Shown piece by piece: positions 9,839 to 21,368 of a stretch of DNA of 59,240 nucleotides (position 1 is its first letter; each line of letters starts with the position of its first letter). Source of the stretch: a virus. Taxonomy: Duplodnaviria; Caudoviricetes. The stretch spans positions 1-59,240 of the IMG/VR virus record IMGVR_UViG_3300036791_000126; one strand, 5' to 3'. The translations under genes were made by a program, and so were the position numbers. The notes under the pieces are model-generated. The model was given only the letters and a program-made list of their open reading frames with translations, ran no database searches and was not told the DNA's origin.

Positions 9839-11998
9839 GTGGCATTTAGTTCACTTAGTGGTGCACAACAGATTCTAGTCAGACTCTACATGACAGGCGG
9901 GCCTGAGTACGAGGCTCAGATGATTAAAGCCGGTCTTGCTACTAGGTCTATGTCTAGAGATACTGTCGCGCTCGATAAAGCCATGAAAGGTGCTACGGCA
10001 CGTTCGTTTGCGATGAACCAAGCATTGTTCATGGCTAGACGTTTCCTGTTTTACGGTACTCTCGGTATTGTTGGTGCAACGACTGAGTTGTTCAAGATGG
10101 GCTTCGCGTTTAACAGTGTGATGCAGAATGCTCAGGTCGCATTCAAGGGATTTATCCCAACTGCCGCAGGTGTCAAGAAAGAGCTTAATGGTCTGTATAT
10201 CATAGCAGCGAAAACTCCATTCCAGTTCCCCGATATTGTGCAGGCGACTCAGCATTTGTTGCCATTCACTAAAAATCTCAAAGAAACAAATGGTGTTATA
10301 ATGGCTATTGCCAACTCTTTGTCGGCAATGGGTGTTACTTCGGGAGCGGCGTTCCAAAGAGCTTCGCTTGCTATGGCTCACATGTTTGATATCGGAAGAT
10401 TGACTGGTCAGCTTTTGTATCAGATGGGCAAAGACAACATTCCGATGGTTCAAGCGTTGGAAGCTGCATTCCACACAACGGGTATAGTAATCAGACAAGA
10501 AGTATCTGCTGGTCTGATTGACGCAAATACCGCAGCGCAAGCTTTTATTAAATTTACTAATACAAATAAGGGCTTTGCGGGCGCTGCTACGCGATTGTCT
10601 ACGAGTACGTTCTCCGGTGCATGGTCGACGTTCAAAGATATTCTGCGATTCGGTTCTGGTCATGCATCGCTTGGGCTTTTCAACAAATTGACTGACGCGC
10701 TTGGAGGAATTGATAAAGCCCTGCTGGGTGAGTTGAGCAAAACGAATGCACCTGTAACGCTTACTGCTATTGCAGAAGCGATGGATAAGCGGTTGACTCC
10801 CGCTTCACATGCTCTTCTTAACACGTTTATGTTTCTTGATGGTTTCATGAAGGGACTTATCGGATCATTTCTTTTCCTGTACAAAGTTGTCAATTATGTA
10901 TTTTGGCCAATAGATAAATTGACCAACGCATTCGGTGCTGGACGTATTGCAGCTGAAACACTCGGAATTGCTGTAGGCGTTCTCACAACTTTGTTTTTCA
11001 TCCAAAAAGGTGCGCTCCTTGCGGCAAGTGTTGCCATGGATCTATATGGACTTTCGCTAGCTCCTGTTAAGGGAGCGCTCATCTTGCTTACCGATCTTGA
11101 AAAATCGCAAATTGAAGCGATGGGAGCAAGGGGCCTTTATGGTGAGCTACGCAAATTGATTCCTGCATGGATTGCATGGGCTTTTGCGATGAAAGAAGCA
11201 GAAAAAATTGGTGGTTTGAGCGGTTGGTATAAAGCATCTAAGGATTTTGAGAGAAGTGGAATTCTTGCGAGATTATCCAGACAGTTTTTAGGTCTTTTTG
11301 GTATAGAATCAGCAGCGGCTGGTGCAGAAGGAGCGGGTGCAGCTTTGGCTCTTTGGCCTGTTGCTCTAGCAGCTGGTATAGTAATTGTGATAGGTTTGTT
11401 GGTATATTTGTATTTCCATTGGAAGAAGTTCCACGATTTGGTGCAGACTACGTGGAAATGGATTGTAAATCATTCACAACAATTGAGTCAAGCTTTGATA
11501 AACGGCTTTGGGCCGTTCGGTGTTGTACCAGGTCTGCTACTCGAAATTGTTACAAACATGAAAGCGGTAGAGAAAGAAGTTCAGGGTTTGATTGGTTGGT
11601 TTGGCAAGTTGTGGAAGAGTATTCCGCCTTGGTTGAGACATGGTATTACCAGTGTTTTAAGCGGTGGAATTGGTTCATATGCACGTACTATGATTCCGGG
11701 CAGGCAGGTTACTGCTGCTCCTCATGGAGGTGGCGGAGGCCACTTTGGACAGGTCTTGCATGATATATTTCATCTCGGAGATTTTATTCCCTTCAAATTC
11801 CAGGGTGGAGGAACTGTACCTGGGCCTACGGGATCGCCTCAACTGATTATGGCTCATGGTGGAGAAAGCGTGAATCCCATAGGCAGCTTCGCAAATATGG
11901 GAAGTGATAGACCAGTTCACGTACAAATCATGCTAGACCGCAAAGTTCTAGCCGAAGCAGTAGCGAGGGCAAACCAAGATTATGCCGCTAGACGTTAG
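9839..11998 (+). CDS. tape measure protein
   Basis: 719 aa, Ala/Gly/Leu-rich; tape-measure core (AAKTPFQFPDIVQA...STFSGAWSTFKD), hydrophobic segments, C-terminal FQGGGTVPG...IMAHGGE. Confidence 0.9.
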   Translation: MAFSSLSGAQQILVRLYMTGGPEYEAQMIKAGLATRSMSRDTVALDKAMKGATARSFAMNQALFMARRFLFYGTLGIVGATTELFKMGFAFNSVMQNAQVAFKGFIPTAAGVKKELNGLYIIAAKTPFQFPDIVQATQHLLPFTKNLKETNGVIMAIANSLSAMGVTSGAAFQRASLAMAHMFDIGRLTGQLLYQMGKDNIPMVQALEAAFHTTGIVIRQEVSAGLIDANTAAQAFIKFTNTNKGFAGAATRLSTSTFSGAWSTFKDILRFGSGHASLGLFNKLTDALGGIDKALLGELSKTNAPVTLTAIAEAMDKRLTPASHALLNTFMFLDGFMKGLIGSFLFLYKVVNYVFWPIDKLTNAFGAGRIAAETLGIAVGVLTTLFFIQKGALLAASVAMDLYGLSLAPVKGALILLTDLEKSQIEAMGARGLYGELRKLIPAWIAWAFAMKEAEKIGGLSGWYKASKDFERSGILARLSRQFLGLFGIESAAAGAEGAGAALALWPVALAAGIVIVIGLLVYLYFHWKKFHDLVQTTWKWIVNHSQQLSQALINGFGPFGVVPGLLLEIVTNMKAVEKEVQGLIGWFGKLWKSIPPWLRHGITSVLSGGIGSYARTMIPGRQVTAAPHGGGGGHFGQVLHDIFHLGDFIPFKFQGGGTVPGPTGSPQLIMAHGGESVNPIGSFANMGSDRPVHVQIMLDRKVLAEAVARANQDYAARR

Positions 11999-12737
11999 TA
12001 ATTATTATCTCATTCGGTGTCTGCCTAACGGGCCGAATATCATGGTTAGACGCGGAGAAGCGCCTCCTGTGATTACGGGTGGTGGAGCGCGCTACAATCT
12101 AGTTGAGCGTCCGCGTAGAACCTCAGCCGTTCAGTGGGTTGGTGTAGATCCGTGGAGAATGGATCTATCTATAATGTTCGATGGATGGGTTGATAATGTG
12201 AGTGTGGAAAGAGACATTCAAGAACTCAATCGAATGTTTCTTTCTAACGCTGATCTTACGCCTCCTAGAACAATCATGATTGATGGGCCTACTCCAGTTA
12301 AAGGAGCTAAGTGGGTTATCGAAGGAATTGATTGGGGAACGAGAACCATTTGGAGGTCTGGTAAAGGTTGGACAAAAGGCGAGCGTTTGAGGCAAGACGC
12401 AACCGTTCACCTTCTACAAATAGTTCCCGAAACCGTGTTGAAAAAATTGTCTCCGACTACAGGACTTACGATACACACCGTTAAATCGGGAGAGACTGTG
12501 CGGAAGATTGCTGCGAAACATGGTGTGTCAGTTGCAGCCATCAAGAAAGCCAACAAAATTCGTGATCCTAAAACTGTCAAAACTGGTCAAACAATCAAAG
12601 TTCCACCTAGCACTTCTGGGTCTACATATTCCAATGTACTTCCGGTGCCTAAGGGAATGGCATTCTCGAAAGAAACAGCGGATAACCGGCCCGATACAAG
12701 TGGACGTGTTCCACCAATTCACTGGAATCCTAGGTAA
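11982..12737 (+). CDS. LysM-domain tail tube initiator/baseplate protein
   Basis: HTVKSGETVRKIAAKHGVSVAAIKKANKIRDPKTVKTGQTIKVP is a LysM repeat; follows the tape measure gene. Confidence 0.85.
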   Translation: MPLDVSNYYLIRCLPNGPNIMVRRGEAPPVITGGGARYNLVERPRRTSAVQWVGVDPWRMDLSIMFDGWVDNVSVERDIQELNRMFLSNADLTPPRTIMIDGPTPVKGAKWVIEGIDWGTRTIWRSGKGWTKGERLRQDATVHLLQIVPETVLKKLSPTTGLTIHTVKSGETVRKIAAKHGVSVAAIKKANKIRDPKTVKTGQTIKVPPSTSGSTYSNVLPVPKGMAFSKETADNRPDTSGRVPPIHWNPR

Positions 12738-12746
12738 CAGTTAACC

Positions 12747-15014
12747 ATGGCACAACCGTCTAAGAGCATACCAGCGATTCGTAAGCTAGAGCTTTCGCAG
12801 ATCGATCCTGCTGCCGTACAACGTGAGTTGATGGGTGAAGATGTCGGGATTCAAGCATTCATGCTGTATTTTTCTAGCAAAATACAGTTCGATGTTTCTG
12901 ATAGAATCGTGGACGCCACCATAGATCGTTCGATTGAAGCATCGTCCGCGCTTACCGTGGTCATCAATGACTACGATAGAGCTGTGCTGTCTAGTGGTCA
13001 GCTGACCAACAAGTTGGACGTACAGGTCGATGGTCTGTGGTTTAGACTCGCGGGACTCGATAAGTCGGGTGATGAGTTGACTCTCACGTTTGAGGATCGA
13101 GAGATTGCTGTGTTGAGAGAATATACCAAGTGGAAGAAGGTTAATCGCACAAACGCTACGAGAGCTGAGTTCGTTCTCAACCTGATTCGTGAGGTTAAGG
13201 AGTTTCACATTCCAGTAGTAATTCCTGAGCTTCGCACAATTCAGCCCGAAGAACGGTTCCCTGGTGATTTGATTGGCACAGACAAATTCATCAACAAGCA
13301 AATGGGAATCAACGTAGCCGCTTTCAACGCTAAGAGTGGACATCTCACTCCTGCCCAAAAATCTCAGATTCCCGCTTGGGCGCAAACTTATTATAAGAAT
13401 TTCATACCTACCGCAGGATTGACAGTCAAAGGTGTGCCTATCACCGACGATCAAAAAACTAATGCTGGTATAATAATCGGAGTCGGTAAAAGATTGGGTG
13501 CTACTCGCAAATGTATTGTAACCGCCGTGGCGACAGCAATCCAAGAAAGCACTCTGCAAAATATTGATTACGGTGATAAAGCAGGCCCAGATAGCCGTGG
13601 ACTATTCCAGCAGCGTTCGAGCTGGGGATCGCTAGTGGATCGTATGAATCCTGAAACGTCCTCAGCAATGTTTTACGGATCGCCCGGTCATGCTATACAA
13701 TATGATATAGATCATCCAGGTATTCCGGATTGGGAATTGTCTTATAACGTCCAGCACTGTGCTGCTCAAGATAAATACTTGCCTCAACAGTGGGTTCCCG
13801 AAGCGAACAATCTCGTAAATGCGTATGGCATGGTGGCGGCCGATAAGAGTGGAAACACTGAAGGTCTTGCTTCTCTCGCGAATGGAATGTTTACAGGTGT
13901 TTCAAATGCAATAAACAGTGGATTAGGAATCCAAACTCCTGGAGTAAGTACTAATGGCGGAGCATATTACTTTTTCCGCGGTAATATTGTAGGTCGTGGA
14001 AACAAGCGAGTACGCTTGGCGGAAAATAGTTGGAGTTGTATTCAACGTCTAGCGGGTGAAGTGAACTTTTCAGCTTTCTTTGTCAGTGGAACTTTCTACT
14101 GGATCAGTGAGGATCTACTTCTCAAGCAGCAGCCGCAATACAATCTCACTGAGTTCATGGATGGAATCATGGGCATAGATGGTTCCTACAAGCATCTGTC
14201 AAAAGCCGCACAGCTGACAGTTACCGCAGACGTTGGTAGATGGATGGCACCTCCGGGAACGTGTGTAGTCATTCAGAATATGGGGCCGTGGAATGGTCGC
14301 TGGATTGTGACTGAGTACAGTCGTTCTTTGTTTGATCTACAAGCCACCATCACACTCAAGAAACCGCGTCCTGTACTGCCTGAACCGCTAACGGGCAACG
14401 AAAGCGAACTAAAAACATGGTTGCCTGTATCCGGCCCTCCGGTGGTAAACCCGCACAGTGGCAAACCCATAGATCCAAACATAGGCATTGCAACAGGCGA
14501 TCTACCAGAGATTGCCAATCAGCTGTATAAAATGAATTTGCTTGGAAAATATCATGCCGATAATCCTGGTGACTTGACTGACATCACAGCAACGATGCGC
14601 GGCCAGAAAGTAAACTCACAATGTGGTGGACAAGTAACAATGGATACTCGCGTGTTCCAAATAATTCTTTGGCTAATCGGAAATGGCTACCGCATTGGAA
14701 CGTTTGCTTTCTGTTCGGATCACCATTGTGATAGCATGACTGGTCACGCGGGTGGACACGCAGTAGATATTTCATCAATTAATGGAATATCAATTAACCA
14801 AAATACACCACAGGCTAAGAACTTGGTTTTGCAGATCGACGATTTGTTGCATCATACTCCATCCGAACTCGCACCAAGACAGTTGATTACAGCAGGCTAC
14901 GGAAATCATAGAGATCCTCAATGTTTGGCTTACTGTATTCCCAACAACCCCGAAACCTACTACGGCGAAGCAACACTTAATGAACACTGTAATCACATTC
15001 ACGTAGGTTATTGA
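12747..15014 (+). CDS. baseplate hub (gpD-like) with lysozyme-like and putative Zn-peptidase domains
   Basis: Hub-like N-terminal and middle regions; [20 protein letters not shown] (lysozyme-like); H..GHAVDI...H.NHIHVGY (M15/extensin-like). Confidence 0.75.
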   Translation: MAQPSKSIPAIRKLELSQIDPAAVQRELMGEDVGIQAFMLYFSSKIQFDVSDRIVDATIDRSIEASSALTVVINDYDRAVLSSGQLTNKLDVQVDGLWFRLAGLDKSGDELTLTFEDREIAVLREYTKWKKVNRTNATRAEFVLNLIREVKEFHIPVVIPELRTIQPEERFPGDLIGTDKFINKQMGINVAAFNAKSGHLTPAQKSQIPAWAQTYYKNFIPTAGLTVKGVPITDDQKTNAGIIIGVGKRLGATRKCIVTAVATAIQESTLQNIDYGDKAGPDSRGLFQQRSSWGSLVDRMNPETSSAMFYGSPGHAIQYDIDHPGIPDWELSYNVQHCAAQDKYLPQQWVPEANNLVNAYGMVAADKSGNTEGLASLANGMFTGVSNAINSGLGIQTPGVSTNGGAYYFFRGNIVGRGNKRVRLAENSWSCIQRLAGEVNFSAFFVSGTFYWISEDLLLKQQPQYNLTEFMDGIMGIDGSYKHLSKAAQLTVTADVGRWMAPPGTCVVIQNMGPWNGRWIVTEYSRSLFDLQATITLKKPRPVLPEPLTGNESELKTWLPVSGPPVVNPHSGKPIDPNIGIATGDLPEIANQLYKMNLLGKYHADNPGDLTDITATMRGQKVNSQCGGQVTMDTRVFQIILWLIGNGYRIGTFAFCSDHHCDSMTGHAGGHAVDISSINGISINQNTPQAKNLVLQIDDLLHHTPSELAPRQLITAGYGNHRDPQCLAYCIPNNPETYYGEATLNEHCNHIHVGY

Positions 15015-17848
15015 GGCGACACAACATTATGCCATTTCTTTACGAAGATACCGAGTCTCAGCTTAACATCGATCGGGTGTGGGCTGCAACTATCGCCTCG
15101 GACGCGACGGATTTCCTCGATACCGTAGATGTCATTATTCCCAATCTTGATTCTAGTACGAGATGGGAAGATTGTCCGTGGCAAACGAGAGACAATTACG
15201 CTCTCCCAAAGAGAGGCGATGAATGTGTCGTTGTAATGGACAACGACATGAGAGTAACTGTCGTCGCTTGGTGGCCTCCCACACGTTCGCCAAAAATCAC
15301 GACATCACCATACTCCGGTGGTACACCGGCTAGCCCAATAGATATGGATATCTGGATTGGCGAGGATGCCGATGTTAACCACAACAGTTTCATGTTCCAG
15401 TATGATGCTGAGGATAGTCATTGGGCACAAATCGGTGCTGCTGGTAGTGGCCCTGCTGGCCCACCAGGCCCTACTGGCCCAGCTGGCCCCACAGGTGCAA
15501 CAGGTGCAACAGGCCCACAAGGCCCAACAGGTGCAACAGGTGCTAATAGTACAGTACCAGGGCCACCTGGATCAACAGGTGCTACAGGAGCAACAGGCCC
15601 ACAAGGCCCTATTGGTAATACTGGCGCTACTGGCCCACAAGGCCCCATTGGTAACACAGGCGCCACAGGCGCACAAGGCCCCATCGGTAATACAGGCCCA
15701 ACAGGAGCTACAGGCCCCGCGGGTGCTACACCAGGAGTTTCTGGTACACGTGTTTTTCGTTCAACTGCTCAGTCGATTCCTGCGAGCGCTTACACATCTC
15801 TGTCATTTGACACTGAGCGCTATGATGTTGACAATCTCTGGGTTGTCGGTTCACCAACGCGATTCACAATTGTCAAAGCTGGAACCTATGTCATAACGGG
15901 GCACATAACGTTTGCCGCGTCTACGTCGGGCACAACTCGCACAGCACGCATCTTGCAGAATGGCACTAACATTCTCGCCGAGGGTGGAATGGTTGGTGCA
16001 ACACTCGCAAGCGTCGCTGTCACAATCCCGATCAGTACAGTGGTGCAATTGGCTGTCAATGATTACGTTGAGTTACAAGCATTCCACACAGCAACTGCCG
16101 CCCTCAACGTTGGCCCCTCTACTGCGACAACCAATCGTGATGGTGCTGATTTCTCAATTGGACTCGTCGGTGTTCTAAGCGACCCACTCAAAGTTGATAA
16201 AGATGCTGTCAACACAGCTGCAACCCGTCTCGTTCAGAACATGCTCGTTGCAGGCGACGCGCAACCCGCATTCAAGATCGGTGGCGACGGAACAATCAGT
16301 TGGGGTGTAGGGGGTGCAACTGCACCCGATACGTCGCTCTATCGGAACGGCGCAAACTCGTTGTTGACAAGTAGCGAGTTTATCGTTTACAACAACGCAT
16401 TCACGTCGCTCCGCAATGACAACGGTGCCGCGCTGACCGCAGCTGCGCAGGGTGCTGGTCATTACAACTTCGTACTTGGTAACGATGGCTCGATGGAGTG
16501 GGGATCACCGACTACTGCTGCGGACGTGAACTTGTATCGCTCGGCTGCAAGCGTAATCAATATAAATGATCTTTCTGGTGGTGGCGGCCAGTTTAGTTTT
16601 GATACATCTGGTGGTGGTGGTTATCCAAGTTTTTATATCGCGGCCCCAGCGGGATCGGCGGGCCAGACCGGCGCGTGGCTTGATTTCAATGGTGGTAATG
16701 CAGCGTCTCATTGGGCACTCTTTACCGAAAACGACATTGAAGGTATCTGGTTCTGGGGACAGACTCCCGGCGTTGTCGCGGCACTGACATCAACCGAACT
16801 TGGATTCTTCAAGGCTAGCAACGACGGTGAGTATGTGTTTCAGATTGGGAAGGTAGATGGCAAGCTGAGCTGGGGGCCTGGTGGAGGAGCTGTAACAGAC
16901 ACATTCATGTACCGCAACGGGGCACGAGCACTCGGATCAAATGCGTCATTCAGTAACACGAATGCGTCTGTTAGTACCTTTGCTTTTACGTCGGTTGTTG
17001 ATGGCGATACGAACTACCGTTGGTACATGCAGGCGAACGGCAGCATGGGTTGGGGGCCAGGTAACGCAGGAGCTGATACGATCATGTATCGCTGGTACTC
17101 AAACGCGCTCTACACAAATGGTGACTTTGGTGTTGGCAAGGCGTTCCGCGCTTATCATGGCTCTCTCGATACCGCCTTCTATACGACTATAGGCGGTGAT
17201 GCATTTGGTTACCGCTTCGCAACGGACACGAATGGAAAAATGTCATGGAGTAGTGGTGCTGTTGGCGCCGACTTGAATCTCTATCGTGCAGCTGCCGGTG
17301 TACTCAAAACAGATTACTCATTTGCAACTGGCGCATATGGTACGAGTCTGCCTGCATCTCCTGTCGATGGTCAGGTTTATACGCTCGTTGACTCGACCAC
17401 CAACCCGACATACCAATGGACGTTCCGCTACAACGCAAGTTCAACCTCGGCGTACAAGTGGGAATACATTGGTGGTACTCCGGTACACGCATACGCGCTT
17501 GCGCAAGAAGGGATCGGCGCCTCGACGGGTTGGCAGGATAGCGCGACGATTCTTCATTTCATCGTGCCGCGAGCGGGCGAGTACGAGGTGATCGGGAACG
17601 CTCGCGCGTATGCCAATCCTGCATCACTCGTGCACATGGGGATCGCGATTGGGGCCGCGTCGCCCAATCCCCCCTATGCTTCGATCCTTATTAGTGGAGC
17701 GGGTGGTTACGGGCCACTCGTCCAAACAGTCGCTCTCGCCGGTCTTGCGGCAGGCAACGAGATTCGGATGCGTTACGCACAGGACGTAGGGAGTGCATTG
17801 TTGATTGACTCCCGCTCATTGATCGTTACGCCGAGAAGAGTGTCATAA
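15011..17848 (+). CDS. baseplate spike (gpV-like N-terminus) fused to collagen repeat, C1q-like domain and fibre repeats
   Basis: [13 protein letters not shown] (gpV OB-fold), GPTGATG collagen, SLSFDTE.YD...[13 protein letters not shown]...[10 protein letters not shown] (C1q/TNF-like), five DG..xWG..DT.LYR repeats. Confidence 0.7.
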   Translation: MRRHNIMPFLYEDTESQLNIDRVWAATIASDATDFLDTVDVIIPNLDSSTRWEDCPWQTRDNYALPKRGDECVVVMDNDMRVTVVAWWPPTRSPKITTSPYSGGTPASPIDMDIWIGEDADVNHNSFMFQYDAEDSHWAQIGAAGSGPAGPPGPTGPAGPTGATGATGPQGPTGATGANSTVPGPPGSTGATGATGPQGPIGNTGATGPQGPIGNTGATGAQGPIGNTGPTGATGPAGATPGVSGTRVFRSTAQSIPASAYTSLSFDTERYDVDNLWVVGSPTRFTIVKAGTYVITGHITFAASTSGTTRTARILQNGTNILAEGGMVGATLASVAVTIPISTVVQLAVNDYVELQAFHTATAALNVGPSTATTNRDGADFSIGLVGVLSDPLKVDKDAVNTAATRLVQNMLVAGDAQPAFKIGGDGTISWGVGGATAPDTSLYRNGANSLLTSSEFIVYNNAFTSLRNDNGAALTAAAQGAGHYNFVLGNDGSMEWGSPTTAADVNLYRSAASVININDLSGGGGQFSFDTSGGGGYPSFYIAAPAGSAGQTGAWLDFNGGNAASHWALFTENDIEGIWFWGQTPGVVAALTSTELGFFKASNDGEYVFQIGKVDGKLSWGPGGGAVTDTFMYRNGARALGSNASFSNTNASVSTFAFTSVVDGDTNYRWYMQANGSMGWGPGNAGADTIMYRWYSNALYTNGDFGVGKAFRAYHGSLDTAFYTTIGGDAFGYRFATDTNGKMSWSSGAVGADLNLYRAAAGVLKTDYSFATGAYGTSLPASPVDGQVYTLVDSTTNPTYQWTFRYNASSTSAYKWEYIGGTPVHAYALAQEGIGASTGWQDSATILHFIVPRAGEYEVIGNARAYANPASLVHMGIAIGAASPNPPYASILISGAGGYGPLVQTVALAGLAAGNEIRMRYAQDVGSALLIDSRSLIVTPRRVS
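15446..15730 (+). repeat. collagen-like Gly-X-Y coding repeats
   Basis: Repeated GGCCCA/ACAGGT/GCAACA units encoding [10 protein letters not shown]. Confidence 0.9.
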
Positions 17849-17856
17849 GGAGGAAC

Positions 17857-18090
17857 ATGCCAGTCGAAGAAACGACGAACACCAAAATTGTTTGTGACAA
17901 TCCTGACTGTCCGGGGAATGAACTTGATCCAGCTAACCGATACGGTTGGTTGTTTGTAACTCACGAAATCTACGGCGAACCGACGCAGAGCCACGTATTC
18001 TGTTCATCGGATTGCGTGAGCGCTGTAACAAGAGACGCTACCAATGCTATCAAGATGGGATTCAGTTCAATTAAGTCGAACGGAGAATAA
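17857..18090 (+). CDS. small Cys-containing hypothetical protein
   Basis: AAGGAGG RBS; CDNPDC and FCSSDC pairs suggest Zn binding. Confidence 0.65.
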   Translation: MPVEETTNTKIVCDNPDCPGNELDPANRYGWLFVTHEIYGEPTQSHVFCSSDCVSAVTRDATNAIKMGFSSIKSNGE

Positions 18091-19055
18091 TGACTGTTCA
18101 TGACACAATTACGTTAGCGCCAGGAGACAGCATTACTATCCAAGCACAGACTAGTGACGTGCCTATCGAACCGCCCACAGAACCGCCAACTGAACCACCG
18201 TCAGGACTACCACTACAGGGATTCAGCATCGACAGCCAGTTCAAGAATCTCTCGCCGTCTGACCAACAGTTCGTGCTCAACAGTATGAAGGATCTCTCAA
18301 ACGGTCATTCATCGTGGTCACGTGTTGATTGGTGGCCTGCCACACCTGGCTCGGATCAGGCGATCCAGGACAACAAAAATGCAGGCTTCGTCGTGATGGG
18401 ATTGTGGAATCTACCTTATAACAAGCGAGAAGATCAAGCCTTGTATGCCCAACACGCTGCACAGTTGGCTGGAATTGTTGATCTTGTGAACGTACATAAC
18501 GAGCCTGATATGAGTGGCTGGCCTGCCGCAACGGCGGCACAGTACGCACTCGCATCATACAAGGCGATCAAAGCAGCTAACTCGAAATGCGTCGTCTGTG
18601 GCCCATCATTGTGGAAAACCAGTACGCAAAAGGTGAAAGACGGTTACGACTACGCAAAAGCAATGCTTGCCGCTACAAATGGTGAGCGCTTCTATGATCT
18701 GTGGGACGAACATCTCTATGATGATCCGAATTTGGTTGATCCCAGCTGGAACAAATGGGACTGGGTGTTCCGTAACAATGGAACCAACGTCCGTGCGCTG
18801 CTCGATAGTTATCCCAACTGGAAGGGCACGCCAATTATTGCAACAGAAGCCGGTGGCAATGCTGACAGAGATGGAGACGCCTATCAGAATGATTGCGTTG
18901 CTCATGGAATGGATGCACGCGCCAGCCTTGGCCTTGCCAGCTTCGGCGTCTACACAATCCTCAACATCGGCGTTAGTGCACCAGGATTCGGGCTATTCAA
19001 CAACAATCGCAACAAGCGGGCTGCGTATGAAAGCTTCAAGTCTAGGTCGCGGTAA
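18090..19055 (+). CDS. glycoside hydrolase, clan GH-A TIM barrel (GH5/GH39-like)
   Basis: NVHNEPD (acid/base), YKAIKAAN, DEHLY, PIIATEAG (nucleophile), NKRAAY; Pro-rich N-terminal linker. Confidence 0.75.
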   Translation: MTVHDTITLAPGDSITIQAQTSDVPIEPPTEPPTEPPSGLPLQGFSIDSQFKNLSPSDQQFVLNSMKDLSNGHSSWSRVDWWPATPGSDQAIQDNKNAGFVVMGLWNLPYNKREDQALYAQHAAQLAGIVDLVNVHNEPDMSGWPAATAAQYALASYKAIKAANSKCVVCGPSLWKTSTQKVKDGYDYAKAMLAATNGERFYDLWDEHLYDDPNLVDPSWNKWDWVFRNNGTNVRALLDSYPNWKGTPIIATEAGGNADRDGDAYQNDCVAHGMDARASLGLASFGVYTILNIGVSAPGFGLFNNNRNKRAAYESFKSRSR

Positions 19056-19057
19056 CG

Positions 19058-19303
19058 ATGATTGAACCATTCAAATACATGATCCAGCCAATCGCTATCG
19101 AACGTGACGCGGATGGCAACATCGTCAGAGAAATTCCCGCTGAGATAGTCTCAGCTTACAGCCTCGCTCAAGCAGCTGAATTGATTGGCAAGTTTGAGGA
19201 ACAACTTAAAGCCTCACAGAATGGTGGTGTGTCGTTGCCACCGTCATCGATGAGGTCTATGAGCGACATCATTATGAGTAAGAAAGAAAAGGCCGAACCA
19301 TGA
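19058..19303 (+). CDS. hypothetical protein
   Basis: 81 aa ORF tightly packed in the operon. Confidence 0.55.
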   Translation: MIEPFKYMIQPIAIERDADGNIVREIPAEIVSAYSLAQAAELIGKFEEQLKASQNGGVSLPPSSMRSMSDIIMSKKEKAEP

Positions 19304-19620
19304 GTAACATAGAAGTAGACAATCCGCACTTCGACATTCCGTTCAATTTGCAACCTGCGGGAACGCCTGTAACGGAGCAAGACACGTTCGCTGAGATTGC
19401 TAACTGTATCGAAGTAATCATTCGTACTCCATACGGATTCAGAGATGATACACCAGACTTCGGATTTGAAGATGTGCTATTCCGTAATCAGCCTGTTCTC
19501 AGTGCAGAGATTCAAGACATTGTAGACGCGCAGGAACCACGAGCCAACATCGTTCTAACAGAACAGCCTGATTTCTATGACGTTCTGCTCGATAGGATTA
19601 CGGTGGAGGTGAGCCAGTAA
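19300..19620 (+). CDS. baseplate wedge protein (gp25/GPW-like)
   Basis: IIRTPYG.R.D.PDFG...QEPRA motif; precedes baseplate J. Confidence 0.85.
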   Translation: MSNIEVDNPHFDIPFNLQPAGTPVTEQDTFAEIANCIEVIIRTPYGFRDDTPDFGFEDVLFRNQPVLSAEIQDIVDAQEPRANIVLTEQPDFYDVLLDRITVEVSQ

Positions 19621-19623
19621 CAA

Positions 19624-20790
19624 ATGGCATACATCAGAATTCCTCTAGTCACTGATCCAGAGTCATTAAGCCAGTCCGTCTTTCAGTATATTATAAACCT
19701 GGCTCCTAACTGGACGCCTAGTGACGGGAATCTTGATGTCTGGATCATTCGTGCTGTAGCCGCACTTGCAGCAGAGAACCGTGATATTGCTAGTGACGTG
19801 CAAGACGATATCTTCCGGTATTACGGCTCTCTGGTTGGTGTGCCGCCTTTGGATGCTATCAGCGCCACAGGCTCAACTACATGGGTTATGCGAGATTCAG
19901 CGGGTTACTTGATTCCGCAGGGAACGAACGTCGGAATCCAAGACAGCACAGGAGCAATGCAAACATTTCAAACTACTGCTGACACAATTATCCCAGCTGG
20001 TCAAACAGCCACAGCAGCGGGTGCAGTAACTATTTCCGCGCTTGTGCCCGGAGCAGCTGGTACCGGCATTGGATTGGCTAACTCGGTAATCCAGTTGATC
20101 GATGTTCTCGATTACGTACAGAGTGTTACGCTAATCAATCCTACCGTTGGTGGAGCTGATGCTGAAACTGACGACGCTTATCTCGGTAGACTATCTACGA
20201 GAATGCAGCAGCTATCTCAGCGTCCAATCCTTCCAGCAGATTTCGCAGCTATGGCATTAACCGCTGATCCTGTAATTGCTAGAACTGTCGCGATCGATGG
20301 ATACAACCCGTCAGACAGTTCCTACAATAATCAGCGAATGGTTGCAGTAGCCGCAGTTGACGCAAATGGCGCTGCTGTCAGTACAACGGTAAAGAACGAG
20401 ATTAACTCGCTATTACAGAGCAACAGGGAAGTGAACTTTATCGTGAATGTCATTGATCCACATTATACGACAATCACCGTTGTAGCAAGTGTTCACTTGG
20501 TTCCGGGTTTTGATCCTACTGCGACAAATTCCGCGATTACGACAGCACTTCAAAATTTTCTCAGTCCTGCTACGTGGGGCACAGATCCAACTGTTCAACA
20601 AGGTTCATCGTCGAATAGTTGGGTTGAAACTCCGACTCTCTTTTACAACGATGTAATCACGGTTATCACTAATGTCACTGGAGTCGATCACGTAATCAGC
20701 CTCACGGTGAACGGCGGCACAGCCAATGTCTCACTGACAACTCCAGCAGCTCTTACTCAAGCTGGAACAATCACGGTCACCAATGCCTGA
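19624..20790 (+). CDS. baseplate J-like protein
   Basis: LIPQGT, A..PG..G, GGADAETDDAYLGRL, VITNVTGVDHV motifs. Confidence 0.92.
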   Translation: MAYIRIPLVTDPESLSQSVFQYIINLAPNWTPSDGNLDVWIIRAVAALAAENRDIASDVQDDIFRYYGSLVGVPPLDAISATGSTTWVMRDSAGYLIPQGTNVGIQDSTGAMQTFQTTADTIIPAGQTATAAGAVTISALVPGAAGTGIGLANSVIQLIDVLDYVQSVTLINPTVGGADAETDDAYLGRLSTRMQQLSQRPILPADFAAMALTADPVIARTVAIDGYNPSDSSYNNQRMVAVAAVDANGAAVSTTVKNEINSLLQSNREVNFIVNVIDPHYTTITVVASVHLVPGFDPTATNSAITTALQNFLSPATWGTDPTVQQGSSSNSWVETPTLFYNDVITVITNVTGVDHVISLTVNGGTANVSLTTPAALTQAGTITVTNA

Positions 20791-21358
20791 GACATTTAAA
20801 CAATCACTGGTAGACCTGCTTGAGCCGATGTTCTATGCTGATCTACAAAACAACAACTCGCTAAACATCTATCTTAGTGGGCTAAGCGATCCGTTGTTTC
20901 AGGACGTGGAAGATTGGGCTAGCGATACCGACGATGGCAAGCCTGGTTACTCGATTCTTATTGACATCACTAGAACGCCGGATGAGGCGCTTCCGTGGCT
21001 AGCTCAGTTTGTCGGAGCTAAGCTAACAGTCGGGCTTTCGCCAGACCAACAACGTCAACAGATAATCGGGCTTGGCAACTGGAAACGTGGAACGGTGGCT
21101 GCACTACAAGCTGCGCCACTCCAGTATCTCACTGGAACTCAAACAGTCGTGGTTCACGAACGAGATACCAGTCCTTATCATTTCCTGGTTTACACATTGG
21201 CAAGTGAAACGCCTAACTCTGCCGCTGTGCTAGCTGCTCTGTTGGCTAATAAGCCTGCCGGACTTCAAATGACTTACACTGTCTATTCGGGTCAGCACGC
21301 TTGGACTGTGCGCGGATCTACAATGCGTGGAGCTGATGTTCTGAGGTTCTCGCTATAA
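20783..21358 (+). CDS. tail protein (P2 gpI-like baseplate wedge)
   Basis: PDEALPWLAQFVG...KRGTVAAL...NKPAGL; follows baseplate J. Confidence 0.85.
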   Translation: MPETFKQSLVDLLEPMFYADLQNNNSLNIYLSGLSDPLFQDVEDWASDTDDGKPGYSILIDITRTPDEALPWLAQFVGAKLTVGLSPDQQRQQIIGLGNWKRGTVAALQAAPLQYLTGTQTVVVHERDTSPYHFLVYTLASETPNSAAVLAALLANKPAGLQMTYTVYSGQHAWTVRGSTMRGADVLRFSL

Positions 21359-21368
21359 AGGAGAGAGA

